In this document: positions 1-8,743 of the stretch, in pieces
How positions within the stretch are numbered: the first letter of the stretch is position 1
How the letters are laid out: each line of letters begins with the position of its first letter
Origin: a virus
Taxonomy: Duplodnaviria; Heunggongvirae; Uroviricota; Caudoviricetes
DNA: 64,000 nt
Reading direction: 5' to 3' (one strand)
IMG/VR virus record: IMGVR_UViG_2728369130_000006
Location: 43,200-107,199 of that record
Made by a program: the position numbers and the translations under genes
The notes under the pieces: generated by a model
Told to the model about the DNA's origin: nothing
Database searches by the model: none
The model's input: the letters and a program-made list of their open reading frames with translations, nothing else

Positions 1-105
1 CAAAGGTATGCAATAAAGCGAAACGGAAACCTTGTTTATGATTTTGATGATGGACAGCATGGGAATAATTTAGACTTTTTCAAAGCAATTTGCAAATGCG
101 TTTAA
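1..105 (+). CDS. 3' end of an upstream gene (partial, ...KAICKCV*)
   Basis: Open frame from the window edge to a TAA at 103-105. Confidence 0.4.
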   Translation, partial: QRYAIKRNGNLVYDFDDGQHGNNLDFFKAICKCV

Positions 106-130
106 AATATTTATTTTATTAAGGAGATTC

Positions 131-691
131 ATGATGAAAGATAGAGATAGAGCTATTGATAGTATATTAAAGTTTTTAGAAGATGAAACGAAAAGAATAC
201 TCTTGGTAAGAGGGTATGATCATAATGCCAAAGCAAGAGTAGTTCTTTCTTGTTTAAATGCAATGTTTGATAGAGGAATTATAAGAACAAATTCTATGTC
301 CAATATATCATACCGTATACATCAAGCCTTCGACTTTAAGAAAAAATTTTTACCTGATGCAGTCAAATCAACAACAAGTTACAAAATAGGAAATATGACA
401 ATTAGAATAAATAGTTATGGAAGCAATACTAAGGTTGATTTGAAGGGTAATGAAAATACATTTACTCTATACTTTCCTGTTCAACTAGTCCTACAAAATC
501 AAAAAGATTATAGCAATTTTTTAAATGACATAAAGAATTGTAATTCAAGAAAAATAATATTGATTACAACAAATGAATGGGGCATAAAAGATTGGGATAT
601 TGAAAAGCATGTTGATGAAGTGTTTTTTTATGATGTTAAGCATGATAATCCGCAACTTATGAGCAATTTAAGAAATAATGGTGCAATTTAA
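131..691 (+). CDS. hypothetical protein
   Basis: 186-aa ORF with an AGGAG RBS at 122-126 before the ATG. No recognisable motif. Confidence 0.5.
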   Translation: MMKDRDRAIDSILKFLEDETKRILLVRGYDHNAKARVVLSCLNAMFDRGIIRTNSMSNISYRIHQAFDFKKKFLPDAVKSTTSYKIGNMTIRINSYGSNTKVDLKGNENTFTLYFPVQLVLQNQKDYSNFLNDIKNCNSRKIILITTNEWGIKDWDIEKHVDEVFFYDVKHDNPQLMSNLRNNGAI

Positions 692-780
692 AAATCATTA
701 TACTTTCAATTTAAATTCGTTGGCAAAATTGTAAAGATGATTTATGGTCGAATATCTACAATTTTGCCACCGGATTTAAG

Positions 781-809
781 TTGACAAAACTAATTAATAA
801 TGATATAAT
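781..809 (+). promoter_or_regulatory. sigma-A-like promoter TTGACA-N17-TATAAT with the conserved spacer AAACTAATTAATAATGA
   Basis: ttgacaaaactaattaataatgatataat read directly from the sequence. Lies upstream of the 853 gene. Confidence 0.6.
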
Positions 810-852
810 AAAAATATAGAAAAGAAGATAACATATATAGGGGGAATTATTA

Positions 853-1272
853 ATGAAAAACAAAAAGATGAAGAGTGTTGTATTAGCTGTCGGATTAGCT
901 GGAGCTTTGGTAGGAGGAACTGTAACATATGCCGCAACGAATTGGTTTGAACAATTAAAGAGTGAATCTGTAGCAAGTATTCAAGCTCCAAGCGTAGATT
1001 ATAAAAAGGCATTTCAATCAGACTTAGATAAATTAAAAAGTGCTTTAAAAGATGAGGCATCAGATTTAGTAGAAGAAAATAATCAAAATCTAAAGTATGA
1101 TCTCAATGAGTACAAAAAGACAAAAACAAAAGATATGGAAAAGAAAGTTATTGGCGAAAAACTAAAAGAAATTAGAACAGCTCTAGAAAGCGCCGAAGCA
1201 AAAGCATTAGAGAATGGGAAGGCAAAAATTGATACTGCATATGAGCAAGTATTGCAAGAGAATGGCTTTTAA
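853..1272 (+). CDS. membrane-anchored/secreted coiled-coil protein
   Basis: N-terminal hydrophobic segment MKSVVLAVGLAGALVGG and a good RBS GGGGGAAT. Confidence 0.5.
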   Translation: MKNKKMKSVVLAVGLAGALVGGTVTYAATNWFEQLKSESVASIQAPSVDYKKAFQSDLDKLKSALKDEASDLVEENNQNLKYDLNEYKKTKTKDMEKKVIGEKLKEIRTALESAEAKALENGKAKIDTAYEQVLQENGF

Positions 1273-1286
1273 GAGGAGGGTATATA

Positions 1287-1556
1287 ATGGAATTAGAAAC
1301 AATTATGGGTGTCGAAATATTGAAATGGGAAGAATATGATATCCTTGAAGGAGATACACTTCAATTTTACAATGTTGAATTTCTTTTACCTGAACTAGAA
1401 AGTTATAATACAGGAAATGTTATTGTCGCTTTGAGTCGGCAAGGAGAACTTGCAATTTATGATGATGAAAAATTTGTGAAAGAATTAAACATTGCCTCAT
1501 TAAGATCATTTAGAGAAAAACTCAATGAATATTGGGAGACAAAAACAGAGAAATAA
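1287..1556 (+). CDS. hypothetical protein
   Basis: 89-aa ORF with RBS AGGAGGG. Confidence 0.45.
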   Translation: MELETIMGVEILKWEEYDILEGDTLQFYNVEFLLPELESYNTGNVIVALSRQGELAIYDDEKFVKELNIASLRSFREKLNEYWETKTEK

Positions 1557-1580
1557 GACAGCTTATGCTGTCTTATTTTC
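1554..1580 (+). terminator. rho-independent terminator hairpin
   Basis: taagacagc-ttat-gctgtctta followed by tttt. Confidence 0.5.
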
Positions 1581-1602
1581 ATATAGAAGGGATGTAGGCT
1601 AT

Positions 1603-2571
1603 TTGCAGAAACGACTAATTGAATTACTTAACATTTATGCTCCATCAGGTGCAGAATCCGCAGTACGATCCTATTTAAAGCCTATATTGAAGAAATTAAT
1701 GACAGACGTTTTCGAAGATTCTTATGGAAATCTTTTAGCATCAAAAAAATTTGGAACGGGTAAGGGAGCCACGATAATGCTCTCAGCTCATATGGATACC
1801 GTATACGGGATAAAAAGAGAGAAGAGGGTGGTTAATAAGGGTGGGATTATTACCGCAGAGTTGCCTGATGGTTCTCGTACGATTCTAGGTGCGGATGATA
1901 GAGCAGGAATAGCAATTATCCTTTCAGTTATTGAGAAAATTCCAGAACATTTTAACGGTACGATTAAAGTCGCATTCAGCAGAGAAGAAGAAATAGGTCT
2001 TGTCGGAGCAGAAAAGATAAACAAGTCATTTTATAAGGATGTTGATTTGGCGATTGTTGTAGATCGTCAAGGGAGTAGAGATATTGTTGTAGGATCAGAA
2101 TATCCTTTCTGCTGTAATGAGGTTGGCGATTTTGTTGAAAGAATTTCAAAAGAGATCGGTTTAGATTATTCATGTGTAAAAGGAAGGTCATCTGATGCGT
2201 GCATTTTCGCTAAGAATGGAGTCAATACAATAAATTTGAGCGCAGGATACCAGAATGAGCATACAGAATTGGAATTTTTGTCGATATATAATATGAAGGA
2301 TACAATTAAATTAATCTTAATGATTCTTTCTTCAATTAACGATAGTTATCAAGATTTTGTTAATGTGCCGCGTGAGAGCAAATGGATAGCTTATAGTGAG
2401 TATGAAAAAGAATTTATTTGGGAAGAAGAGGAGGATGATTGTGGCTTAGTGTGTGCTTATATGGTCGATGGGAAAATTACAATAAAACAAGGAGAAGATG
2501 AGATTATTATGTCACCAGATAATTTTTTTAATTTATCCAGAAAAATTGTTAAAACATTTGGAAAAACATAG
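1603..2571 (+). CDS. M42/M20-like metallopeptidase
   Basis: Motifs SAHMDTV, GADDRAG, REEEIGLVGA and NEHTE match the co-catalytic metal ligand pattern of M42/M20 peptidases. Start assigned to the in-frame TTG at 1603, after the terminator and after GAAGGGA. Confidence 0.45.
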   Translation: MQKRLIELLNIYAPSGAESAVRSYLKPILKKLMTDVFEDSYGNLLASKKFGTGKGATIMLSAHMDTVYGIKREKRVVNKGGIITAELPDGSRTILGADDRAGIAIILSVIEKIPEHFNGTIKVAFSREEEIGLVGAEKINKSFYKDVDLAIVVDRQGSRDIVVGSEYPFCCNEVGDFVERISKEIGLDYSCVKGRSSDACIFAKNGVNTINLSAGYQNEHTELEFLSIYNMKDTIKLILMILSSINDSYQDFVNVPRESKWIAYSEYEKEFIWEEEEDDCGLVCAYMVDGKITIKQGEDEIIMSPDNFFNLSRKIVKTFGKT

Positions 2572-2605
2572 TATAATAGTCTCACAACGCATAAGGAGGA
2601 AATTC

Positions 2606-3238
2606 ATGAGACTTTTTAAGAAAATAGCCATTGTCGCTTTAACGATTGGAATAGGAATTTTTATAGTGGCGTGGGTAAGTGGCAATGCAATGAAATCAAA
2701 CAAAGAGGAAGTGTCTACAGAAAGCAAAAGCAATGACACATCTGTTGAAAAAGTATCTAATGAGACTGACGAAATGGAAGATGAACATTATCAAATGGAA
2801 TTTACACCCGAAGAATTTCAACAGCATTACAATGAAGAAGCGGTGAATTTATTAGGAAACGATCTGTTGAATATCCACCCCGTTTTAAAAGAAGGAGAAG
2901 AAACAAATATTTTTTATCATAATTTTAATAATAATTTTTCCTTAATGGGCAATTTCGATGAGGATTCAAAAGAGGTAAGCGATCTGATTCTCATTAAAAG
3001 AGGAGATATATCAGAAGACCTTGAAGATTATTATAGAGTTATTGGGGTTTTAATGAATGTGTTTAATCCTGATATGTCTAAAAATGATAGAGGTAAGTTG
3101 TTATTCACTGATTTAGATGCTGAGAACACTATAAAAAATAAGACAGCTAAATCAAAAGAATACCACGACTTAAAATATACTCTGGATTACTCCAGTGAAA
3201 AATTAGGCTTGATGTTTACCATAGCAAAACCAGAATAA
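2606..3238 (+). CDS. membrane-anchored hypothetical protein
   Basis: RBS AAGGAGGA before the ATG at 2606. Transmembrane helix IAIVALTIGIGIFIVAWV. Confidence 0.5.
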   Translation: MRLFKKIAIVALTIGIGIFIVAWVSGNAMKSNKEEVSTESKSNDTSVEKVSNETDEMEDEHYQMEFTPEEFQQHYNEEAVNLLGNDLLNIHPVLKEGEETNIFYHNFNNNFSLMGNFDEDSKEVSDLILIKRGDISEDLEDYYRVIGVLMNVFNPDMSKNDRGKLLFTDLDAENTIKNKTAKSKEYHDLKYTLDYSSEKLGLMFTIAKPE

Positions 3239-3261
3239 TAAACTTTTGTTTTTGAAATCCT

Positions 3262-3290
3262 TTGACAAAGTCCAATTATAATGTTATAAT
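3262..3290 (+). promoter_or_regulatory. sigma-A-like promoter (TTGACA-17-TATAAT) with a conserved upstream TTTTTGAAATCC element
   Basis: Read directly from the sequence. About 30 nt upstream are shared with the promoter at 5775. Confidence 0.5.
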
Positions 3291-3311
3291 ATTTATAACA
3301 TTATAATTGGA
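3271..3311. promoter_or_regulatory. perfect 19-bp inverted repeat (operator-like) overlapping the -10
   Basis: tccaattataatgttataa-tat-ttataacattataattgga. Confidence 0.55.
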
Positions 3312-3342
3312 CACAAAACGAAAATAACATTGAAAAGGATTG

Positions 3343-4623
3343 ATGAGAATGAAAACAACTAGCCCCTCATGGAGCATTAAAGACTTATTCAGGATGGCAG
3401 AAAGTGGAGAGTTGAATTTTAACTATCCAATTCAAAGACCAAGTGGTCAATGGGATGAACTACAAAAATCGTTATATATTCATACAGCGGCATCTGGATG
3501 GGCGATGCCACCTATCTTAGTTTTTAAGGCAGATAAATATGAATATGTATTAGACGGTAAACAGCGTAGCACTAACCTTATAAATTTCGTTAGAGGTGTA
3601 AGAGACCCTGAAACAGGAGTATATCCTGACAAGGCATACCCCTTACATGTAGAAACTCCAGACCTTTTTATACAAGGAATGAAAGGTAAGATTGAAAAGG
3701 TTAAGATAGCAGGTAAATATTTTGATGAATTGCCTCAAGATATACAAGCTGAAATCATGACCACTAATATTCCAGTCCAAAGAATTGAAGATGCTACTGA
3801 CGAAGAGATTGAGGAGCTATTCTTTAGATGGAATAATGGTACACCATTGACAAAACAGCAAAAATCACGTGCGAAAATGGGAACAAAAAATGCAATTATG
3901 ATCGAAGAATTGTTGAAACATCCATTTATGAAGGAGGTTGCACAGTTTACTCCATTGCAACGTAGAAGAAGTGATGATGAAGCAGTTATTCTACAGGCAA
4001 TCATGCTGATGAAGGATAAAGATCAAATTGAAAGCTTTGTCGCGGATAAAATTTTGAATTTCGCCACGGATATGAGAAATACTGATTTAACATCAATCGT
4101 GAAAGAGTTTAAAGATATTCTTAATTATGCTTATTCTGCAAACATCTCAAGCCCATTGTTCAAAAAGCTTCAATTGCCAACGGTCTTCATGGTAGCAAAA
4201 AAAGCTAAGGATAAAAAATTATCTCCTGAAATCTTTGGTAAATGGGTTGAAGATTTCAACTTCGCACTTGGTAAAAGGTCGAAAGAAAAGGCTCTTGTTA
4301 AAGTCGAAGACGACTATAAAGAGAAGTATCAAGGAGCGGGTAGTGTAAAACGGAATAAAATACTTGGTCGCTTGAATGCAATGATGGCGCATTTTGATGA
4401 GTTTGTTGCCTTGCAAGAGAAATTAGAAGAAAAACCAAAAGAAGAGCCGAAAAAAGAACAAAAGAAAGAAGAAAACGTTAAAAAAGATCAGAAGTCTAAA
4501 GATAAAGAAGTAAAAGCTAAGACGGAGAAAAAAGAGGAAGAGCCAAAGAAAGAGAAGAAAGATAAAAGCGGTGATTTGAAAGATATTGTCGCAGAACCAA
4601 AACATGTGACAACAAAATCTTAA
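3343..4623 (+). CDS. DUF262 (ParB/Srx-like nuclease/NTPase domain) protein with a Lys/Glu-rich C-terminal tail
   Basis: N-terminal DGKQRST motif and surrounding pattern typical of DUF262 (GmrSD N-domain). No DUF1524/HNH partner. Tail KEEPKKEQKKEENVKKDQKSKDKE. Confidence 0.5.
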   Translation: MRMKTTSPSWSIKDLFRMAESGELNFNYPIQRPSGQWDELQKSLYIHTAASGWAMPPILVFKADKYEYVLDGKQRSTNLINFVRGVRDPETGVYPDKAYPLHVETPDLFIQGMKGKIEKVKIAGKYFDELPQDIQAEIMTTNIPVQRIEDATDEEIEELFFRWNNGTPLTKQQKSRAKMGTKNAIMIEELLKHPFMKEVAQFTPLQRRRSDDEAVILQAIMLMKDKDQIESFVADKILNFATDMRNTDLTSIVKEFKDILNYAYSANISSPLFKKLQLPTVFMVAKKAKDKKLSPEIFGKWVEDFNFALGKRSKEKALVKVEDDYKEKYQGAGSVKRNKILGRLNAMMAHFDEFVALQEKLEEKPKEEPKKEQKKEENVKKDQKSKDKEVKAKTEKKEEEPKKEKKDKSGDLKDIVAEPKHVTTKS

Positions 4624-4650
4624 CGCAGGGATATTTCCTGCGTTTTTCTT
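4623..4650 (+). terminator. rho-independent terminator
   Basis: acgcagg-gatattt-cctgcgt followed by ttttctt. Confidence 0.5.
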
Positions 4651-4728
4651 ATTATTTATTTAAAAGTTTGTCATTATCAAATATAATAGAAGAGTGTTTA
4701 TGTAAAGTAAATATCAAGGAGTTTTAAT

Positions 4729-5091
4729 ATGATTTTAAATGAAAGGTTGAAGATATTAAGAGATCAACATAGTCCTAAGTTATCTCAGAAGGCTCTCTGT
4801 AAAAAAATAGGTTTAAATCGCTCAACATATGCAAGATATGAGACTGGCGCTAATGAACCAGATTGTCGGACATTAATTAAAATCGCCGACTTCTTCAATG
4901 TTACAGTAGACTATTTATTAGGTCGCTCCAATGAAAAGTGGATACTAAATGAAGAGTTTAACGATGAAAATTTAGAGAGTGCCTTAAGAGGAGCTTTACA
5001 CTTATCAGATGAATCAAAACAACAGATTATTGATTTCATAAATTTTCTTAAAGAAAAGGAGAATAAAAAATTGTCAAAAGAGGAGTTTTAA
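4729..5091 (+). CDS. XRE-family HTH transcriptional regulator
   Basis: LSQKALCKKIGLNRSTYARYETGANEPDCRTLIKIADFFNVTVDYLLG is a classic Cro/CI-type HTH. Confidence 0.6.
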   Translation: MILNERLKILRDQHSPKLSQKALCKKIGLNRSTYARYETGANEPDCRTLIKIADFFNVTVDYLLGRSNEKWILNEEFNDENLESALRGALHLSDESKQQIIDFINFLKEKENKKLSKEEF

Positions 5092-5103
5092 GAAGATATT
5101 TTC

Positions 5104-5138
5104 GAGGGAGGAGACTGAATAGCTTCTCCCTCTTTGGG
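5104..5138 (+). terminator. putative terminator hairpin
   Basis: gagggaggag...cttctccctc followed by tttggg. Confidence 0.35.
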
Positions 5139-5356
5139 CTGAAAAAAGAAAGTCCAAAATCAAATAATGACGAAGACGATTGATTTTGAACAGAGGGCGT
5201 ACCCTCTATAACTATTGTAGCAATGAATATAATCTGGATCAATAATATTTAATCGTCTTGGAAAGAAATTCATTATTTATATGTGAACATTATGGTAAAT
5301 TTGTTATAATCTAAAGGTAATGTTATTTAACTATGTTGTTGTTGAGGAGTGATAAA

Positions 5357-5722
5357 ATGATTAAAGATGTGGAAGGCAGGATTGAAATTTTTCGAGACAT
5401 CATAAAACTCGCAGAGAAAAGAAGGAAGCTTGTAGAAAGTAATCGAGAGTATACAAAAGAAAATGATACTTTAAAAAATTATGTCGATAATCTTAGCTTT
5501 GAAGATGTAAAAGTTTTGCAAACAGTTATGTATCTAGGTAGAGATAGAGAGTATGATGAAAATTTATCATCCAGTGAAATCTATAAAGAAGTAAGGAAAA
5601 GTTTTGATATGCAAGGATGGGATAGCAAAGAGATTGAGGCACATCAGATGACAGGTAAAGTTCCTTTAGATCAATACCTTAATAGTGGGCTTGAAATATT
5701 AGAGATTAATTGGGAAAAGTAA
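5357..5722 (+). CDS. hypothetical protein
   Basis: RBS GAGGAGTGA before the ATG at 5357. Confidence 0.4.
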   Translation: MIKDVEGRIEIFRDIIKLAEKRRKLVESNREYTKENDTLKNYVDNLSFEDVKVLQTVMYLGRDREYDENLSSSEIYKEVRKSFDMQGWDSKEIEAHQMTGKVPLDQYLNSGLEILEINWEK

Positions 5723-5774
5723 CACATCAAAAAGAGTCGGTCTAAAGCTGATTCTTTTTGGTTTTTGAAATCTT

Positions 5775-5803
5775 TTGACAAAGGATTGTATTGATGGTAT
5801 AAT
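5775..5803 (+). promoter_or_regulatory. sigma-A-like promoter (TTGACA-17-TG-n-TATAAT), second copy of the TTTTTGAAATC upstream class
   Basis: Read directly from the sequence. Confidence 0.5.
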
Positions 5804-5878
5804 TTAAATATAAACAATTGAAAGCTGTAACCGATAAGAGTAATAGAATAATGGTTGTATAGGGCTGGAGTGAATATT

Positions 5879-6076
5879 TTGAGCGAAATTAAAGATAGAA
5901 GACGATATCTTATTTTTGAACTTTTAAAGTTTAGAGCTTATTTCAGCAAAGAAGATATACCTTGGTTGGAAAGCCGATCTCTTGCCAAATTAGAAATACT
6001 TCATATTAGAATGAAGTGCTCAAAAGGAAGAAAGATAGAAGTTGAAAGTCGAGATATAAGGAATTTTAATAAATAA
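5879..6076 (+). CDS. hypothetical protein (start uncertain)
   Basis: ORF downstream of the promoter. TTG at 5879 lies after GGAGTG. Confidence 0.3.
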   Translation: MSEIKDRRRYLIFELLKFRAYFSKEDIPWLESRSLAKLEILHIRMKCSKGRKIEVESRDIRNFNK

Positions 6077-6091
6077 AAGCTTGAAATTCCT

Positions 6092-6120
6092 TTTACGAAA
6101 CTAATTAATAATGCTATAAT
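6092..6120 (+). promoter_or_regulatory. promoter with the conserved AAACTAATTAATAATG spacer (degenerate -35, TATAAT -10)
   Basis: Read directly from the sequence. Confidence 0.45.
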
Positions 6121-6151
6121 AAGTGTATAAAGGTGTAAAGGAGAAATAAAA

Positions 6152-6352
6152 ATGAGTGTAGATATTAAAAAAATCGAATCTGTAAGCTTTGTTAAATTAA
6201 ATCAGGAAGTTATGAAAATTATCCGTGAACATGCAAAAGAGGGTTCTGAACTTGAAAAAGATTTATACGCTTTAACTAATCTTATCGATAATGAAAGAAA
6301 GAAAAATGAAAAGATTAAAGAACTTGCCTACTTTTTGTCAAATGCATTATAA
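6152..6352 (+). CDS. hypothetical protein
   Basis: RBS AAAGGAG. Confidence 0.45.
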   Translation: MSVDIKKIESVSFVKLNQEVMKIIREHAKEGSELEKDLYALTNLIDNERKKNEKIKELAYFLSNAL

Positions 6353-6467
6353 GTCAATTGGAGCGATAAAAATTATACAGTTTATACTTGTTATTTGGTT
6401 AATACAAACGATCTTGTTAGGACTATACACATTAATTAATTATATGAAGAGCTAAAAGATTGGAGAG

Positions 6468-7193
6468 ATGTTAATGGATAAGTTCGGAGACAGAATGAAA
6501 GGGTATGAAAATACTTATCGAATGAAGTTACCAAAACGAATGCCAATTATCATTAGAATAGATGGGAAATCGTTTCATACATACACAAGAGGATTGGAGA
6601 AACCATTTGATCGGTATTTGACGTATGCGATGTGGGAAACGTGCAAATATCTTGCACAAAATATTATGGGTTGTAAATTAGCCTATACGCAGTCAGATGA
6701 GATTAGTTTACTTCTTACCAACTACGATAAACTAACAACAGAGTCGTGGTTTGATAACAATCTTCAAAAGATAGTTTCGGTCTCTGCTTCACTTGCTACG
6801 GCAAAATTTAATGAGATTATGCGTGAGGAATACCCAGAAAAACAGTTCGCCTTGTTTGATGCTAGAGCGTGGGTGTTACCTAAAGATGAAGTGTGTAATT
6901 ATTTTTTGTGGAGGCAACAGGATGCAACGAAAAATAGCATTTCAATGGTTGCACAAGCAAACTTTCCACATAATCAACTTCAAGGTTTAAATGGCGATCA
7001 GATGCAAGATAAGTTATTCTTAGAGAAGGGTATTAATTGGAATGACATTCCCACGTGGCAAAAACGCGGAGCTTGTATTAAAAAGATTTATTTTGAAAAG
7101 AACGGAGCTATAAGAAACGTGTGGGATGTAGACCTTGAAACACCTATTTTTTCACAGGATAGAGAATATGTTGAACAATATGTGTATTTATAA
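6468..7193 (+). CDS. Thg1-like protein (tRNA-His guanylyltransferase family, 3'-5' nucleotidyltransferase)
   Basis: IRIDGKSFHTYT, KPFD and AYTQSDEISLL correspond to the Thg1 signature RLDGRNFH, KPND and AYGQSDEYSFV. Confidence 0.6.
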   Translation: MLMDKFGDRMKGYENTYRMKLPKRMPIIIRIDGKSFHTYTRGLEKPFDRYLTYAMWETCKYLAQNIMGCKLAYTQSDEISLLLTNYDKLTTESWFDNNLQKIVSVSASLATAKFNEIMREEYPEKQFALFDARAWVLPKDEVCNYFLWRQQDATKNSISMVAQANFPHNQLQGLNGDQMQDKLFLEKGINWNDIPTWQKRGACIKKIYFEKNGAIRNVWDVDLETPIFSQDREYVEQYVYL

Positions 7194-7219
7194 AACGCTA
7201 GTCTTGAGGAGGATTTTAA

Positions 7220-7414
7220 ATGTCTGTAAGAAAACATGGAAGAAAAAGAGTAAGATGTAACGGTAAAGTGTGGGGCAATACTCAAGTGTTCGAATACCGA
7301 TCTCCTTCGATTACGTTGGATTGTGAAAAGCTAACAGATGAAGAATTTAAAAAATTAAGTGGTGAAGTAAAGACTTATAACATAAAAGACTTAAAAGACA
7401 AAAATAAAAATTGA
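7220..7414 (+). CDS. hypothetical small protein
   Basis: RBS GAGGAGGA. Confidence 0.4.
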   Translation: MSVRKHGRKRVRCNGKVWGNTQVFEYRSPSITLDCEKLTDEEFKKLSGEVKTYNIKDLKDKNKN

Positions 7415-7450
7415 ACAGATAAAATCTTAATTTTATACAGGGGCGATAAA

Positions 7451-7660
7451 ATGGCTGTAGATATATTTAAAGAGACTATGAACAATCAACAATTGATTGA
7501 AGTATATGAAGAAATTGGTGATAAATGCTTAGGAAACAAAGAATATAAATTAACAGAGTTTGAACTATGTATAATGTCCGCAATTTCGAAAAGAAAACTT
7601 ACACATCGAACAAAATTCAAATATGGCTCACCTTCAAGGTATAATGAAGGCAGATATTGA
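7451..7660 (+). CDS. hypothetical small protein
   Basis: Conserved TTTTATACAGGGG junction upstream. Confidence 0.4.
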   Translation: MAVDIFKETMNNQQLIEVYEEIGDKCLGNKEYKLTEFELCIMSAISKRKLTHRTKFKYGSPSRYNEGRY

Positions 7661-7691
7661 TAAAGGTTTAATCTTATACTGAGGTGATTGA

Positions 7692-7895
7692 ATGAGTAGT
7701 GTAGCTAGAGAGATGATTGAAGATCATGAAAGAATGGCTAGAAGGGTTCAGAATTTCATATGGGAAGGCAAACCATTTAAAAGCAAGAAGATAGAGCATA
7801 CAGTCGAAGAGTTTGAAGATTTTCTAGAAGGTCTTAGAAAAGATTGTTGGGATAGTTATGATACAGGTGCTTGTGAAATGGGATGGAGAAAATAA
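7692..7895 (+). CDS. hypothetical small protein
   Basis: RBS GAGGTGA. Confidence 0.4.
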   Translation: MSSVAREMIEDHERMARRVQNFIWEGKPFKSKKIEHTVEEFEDFLEGLRKDCWDSYDTGACEMGWRK

Positions 7896-7923
7896 AAGAT
7901 TAGACATATAGGGAGGTTCTTAA

Positions 7924-8142
7924 ATGAGAAGCATGGAGGAAATTGTAGCAGAATTATCGGATGAAAAATTGAAAGAAGCATTTGAAGAGATTGTCGAATG
8001 GCGAAAAGATGGAGTATTGAAGGCAGGGGTTATTAGAAATATATATGATACCTATGTTAAACAGGGTGTGACATATCCTTTTTATATGATGGAAAATCCT
8101 ATACTCTTTGAAATTTCTAAAAGAAGCTACATTGGAAAATAG
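7924..8142 (+). CDS. hypothetical small protein (intact paralog of the disrupted ORF at 10357)
   Basis: RBS GGGAGG. Shares sequence with the 10357 ORF. Confidence 0.45.
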   Translation: MRSMEEIVAELSDEKLKEAFEEIVEWRKDGVLKAGVIRNIYDTYVKQGVTYPFYMMENPILFEISKRSYIGK

Positions 8143-8175
8143 ATAAAAGTTTACTTTTATACAGGGGATGATTAT

Positions 8176-8427
8176 ATGAAGAAATTAATTATACCAGTGG
8201 TTACATTAACACTGATACTGGTATCTTGTAGCAGTGAAGAGGAAAAAGTAAATGCTTCATTAGGAAGATTAGAAAAGATTGGCTCGGATGACATTGGTAG
8301 TGGTATTGATATTTTTAGAGATAAAGAGACAGGATGTCAATACATGAATATAAGTGCAGGTTATGGTCAAGTAATTGAACCAATGGTGCAAGCAGATGGC
8401 AAACCCTATTGTCCAAAAAAGAAATAA
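8176..8427 (+). CDS. lipoprotein
   Basis: Signal peptide with lipobox LILVSC. Confidence 0.5.
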   Translation: MKKLIIPVVTLTLILVSCSSEEEKVNASLGRLEKIGSDDIGSGIDIFRDKETGCQYMNISAGYGQVIEPMVQADGKPYCPKKK

Positions 8428-8443
8428 AAGGAGGCGTGTTTCC

Positions 8444-8713
8444 ATGCCTATAAAAGCAGAAGAAGTTGTTGTATCATTAAACAGTCTAATGGAATCTAGA
8501 GGGAGTATCGTCAGGTTTAAAACAGACCGAGGGAGAGCATACCTTCCTTCGATCGAGATTGTGATATATGATGATTATATTGACAGCTTTATTATCAATA
8601 TGGACGATAAGTTCTACAATGAATTGGCAAATCATTTAAAAGCCAAATTTAAAATCTTTAACATTAGTTTCAACAATACACGCTCATGCTTCTGGCATCA
8701 AGATATTGTCTAA
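8444..8713 (+). CDS. hypothetical protein
   Basis: RBS AAAGGAGG before the ATG at 8444. Confidence 0.4.
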   Translation: MPIKAEEVVVSLNSLMESRGSIVRFKTDRGRAYLPSIEIVIYDDYIDSFIINMDDKFYNELANHLKAKFKIFNISFNNTRSCFWHQDIV

Positions 8714-8743
8714 AAAGTTTAAATAAACACGAGGTGGAAGAAA

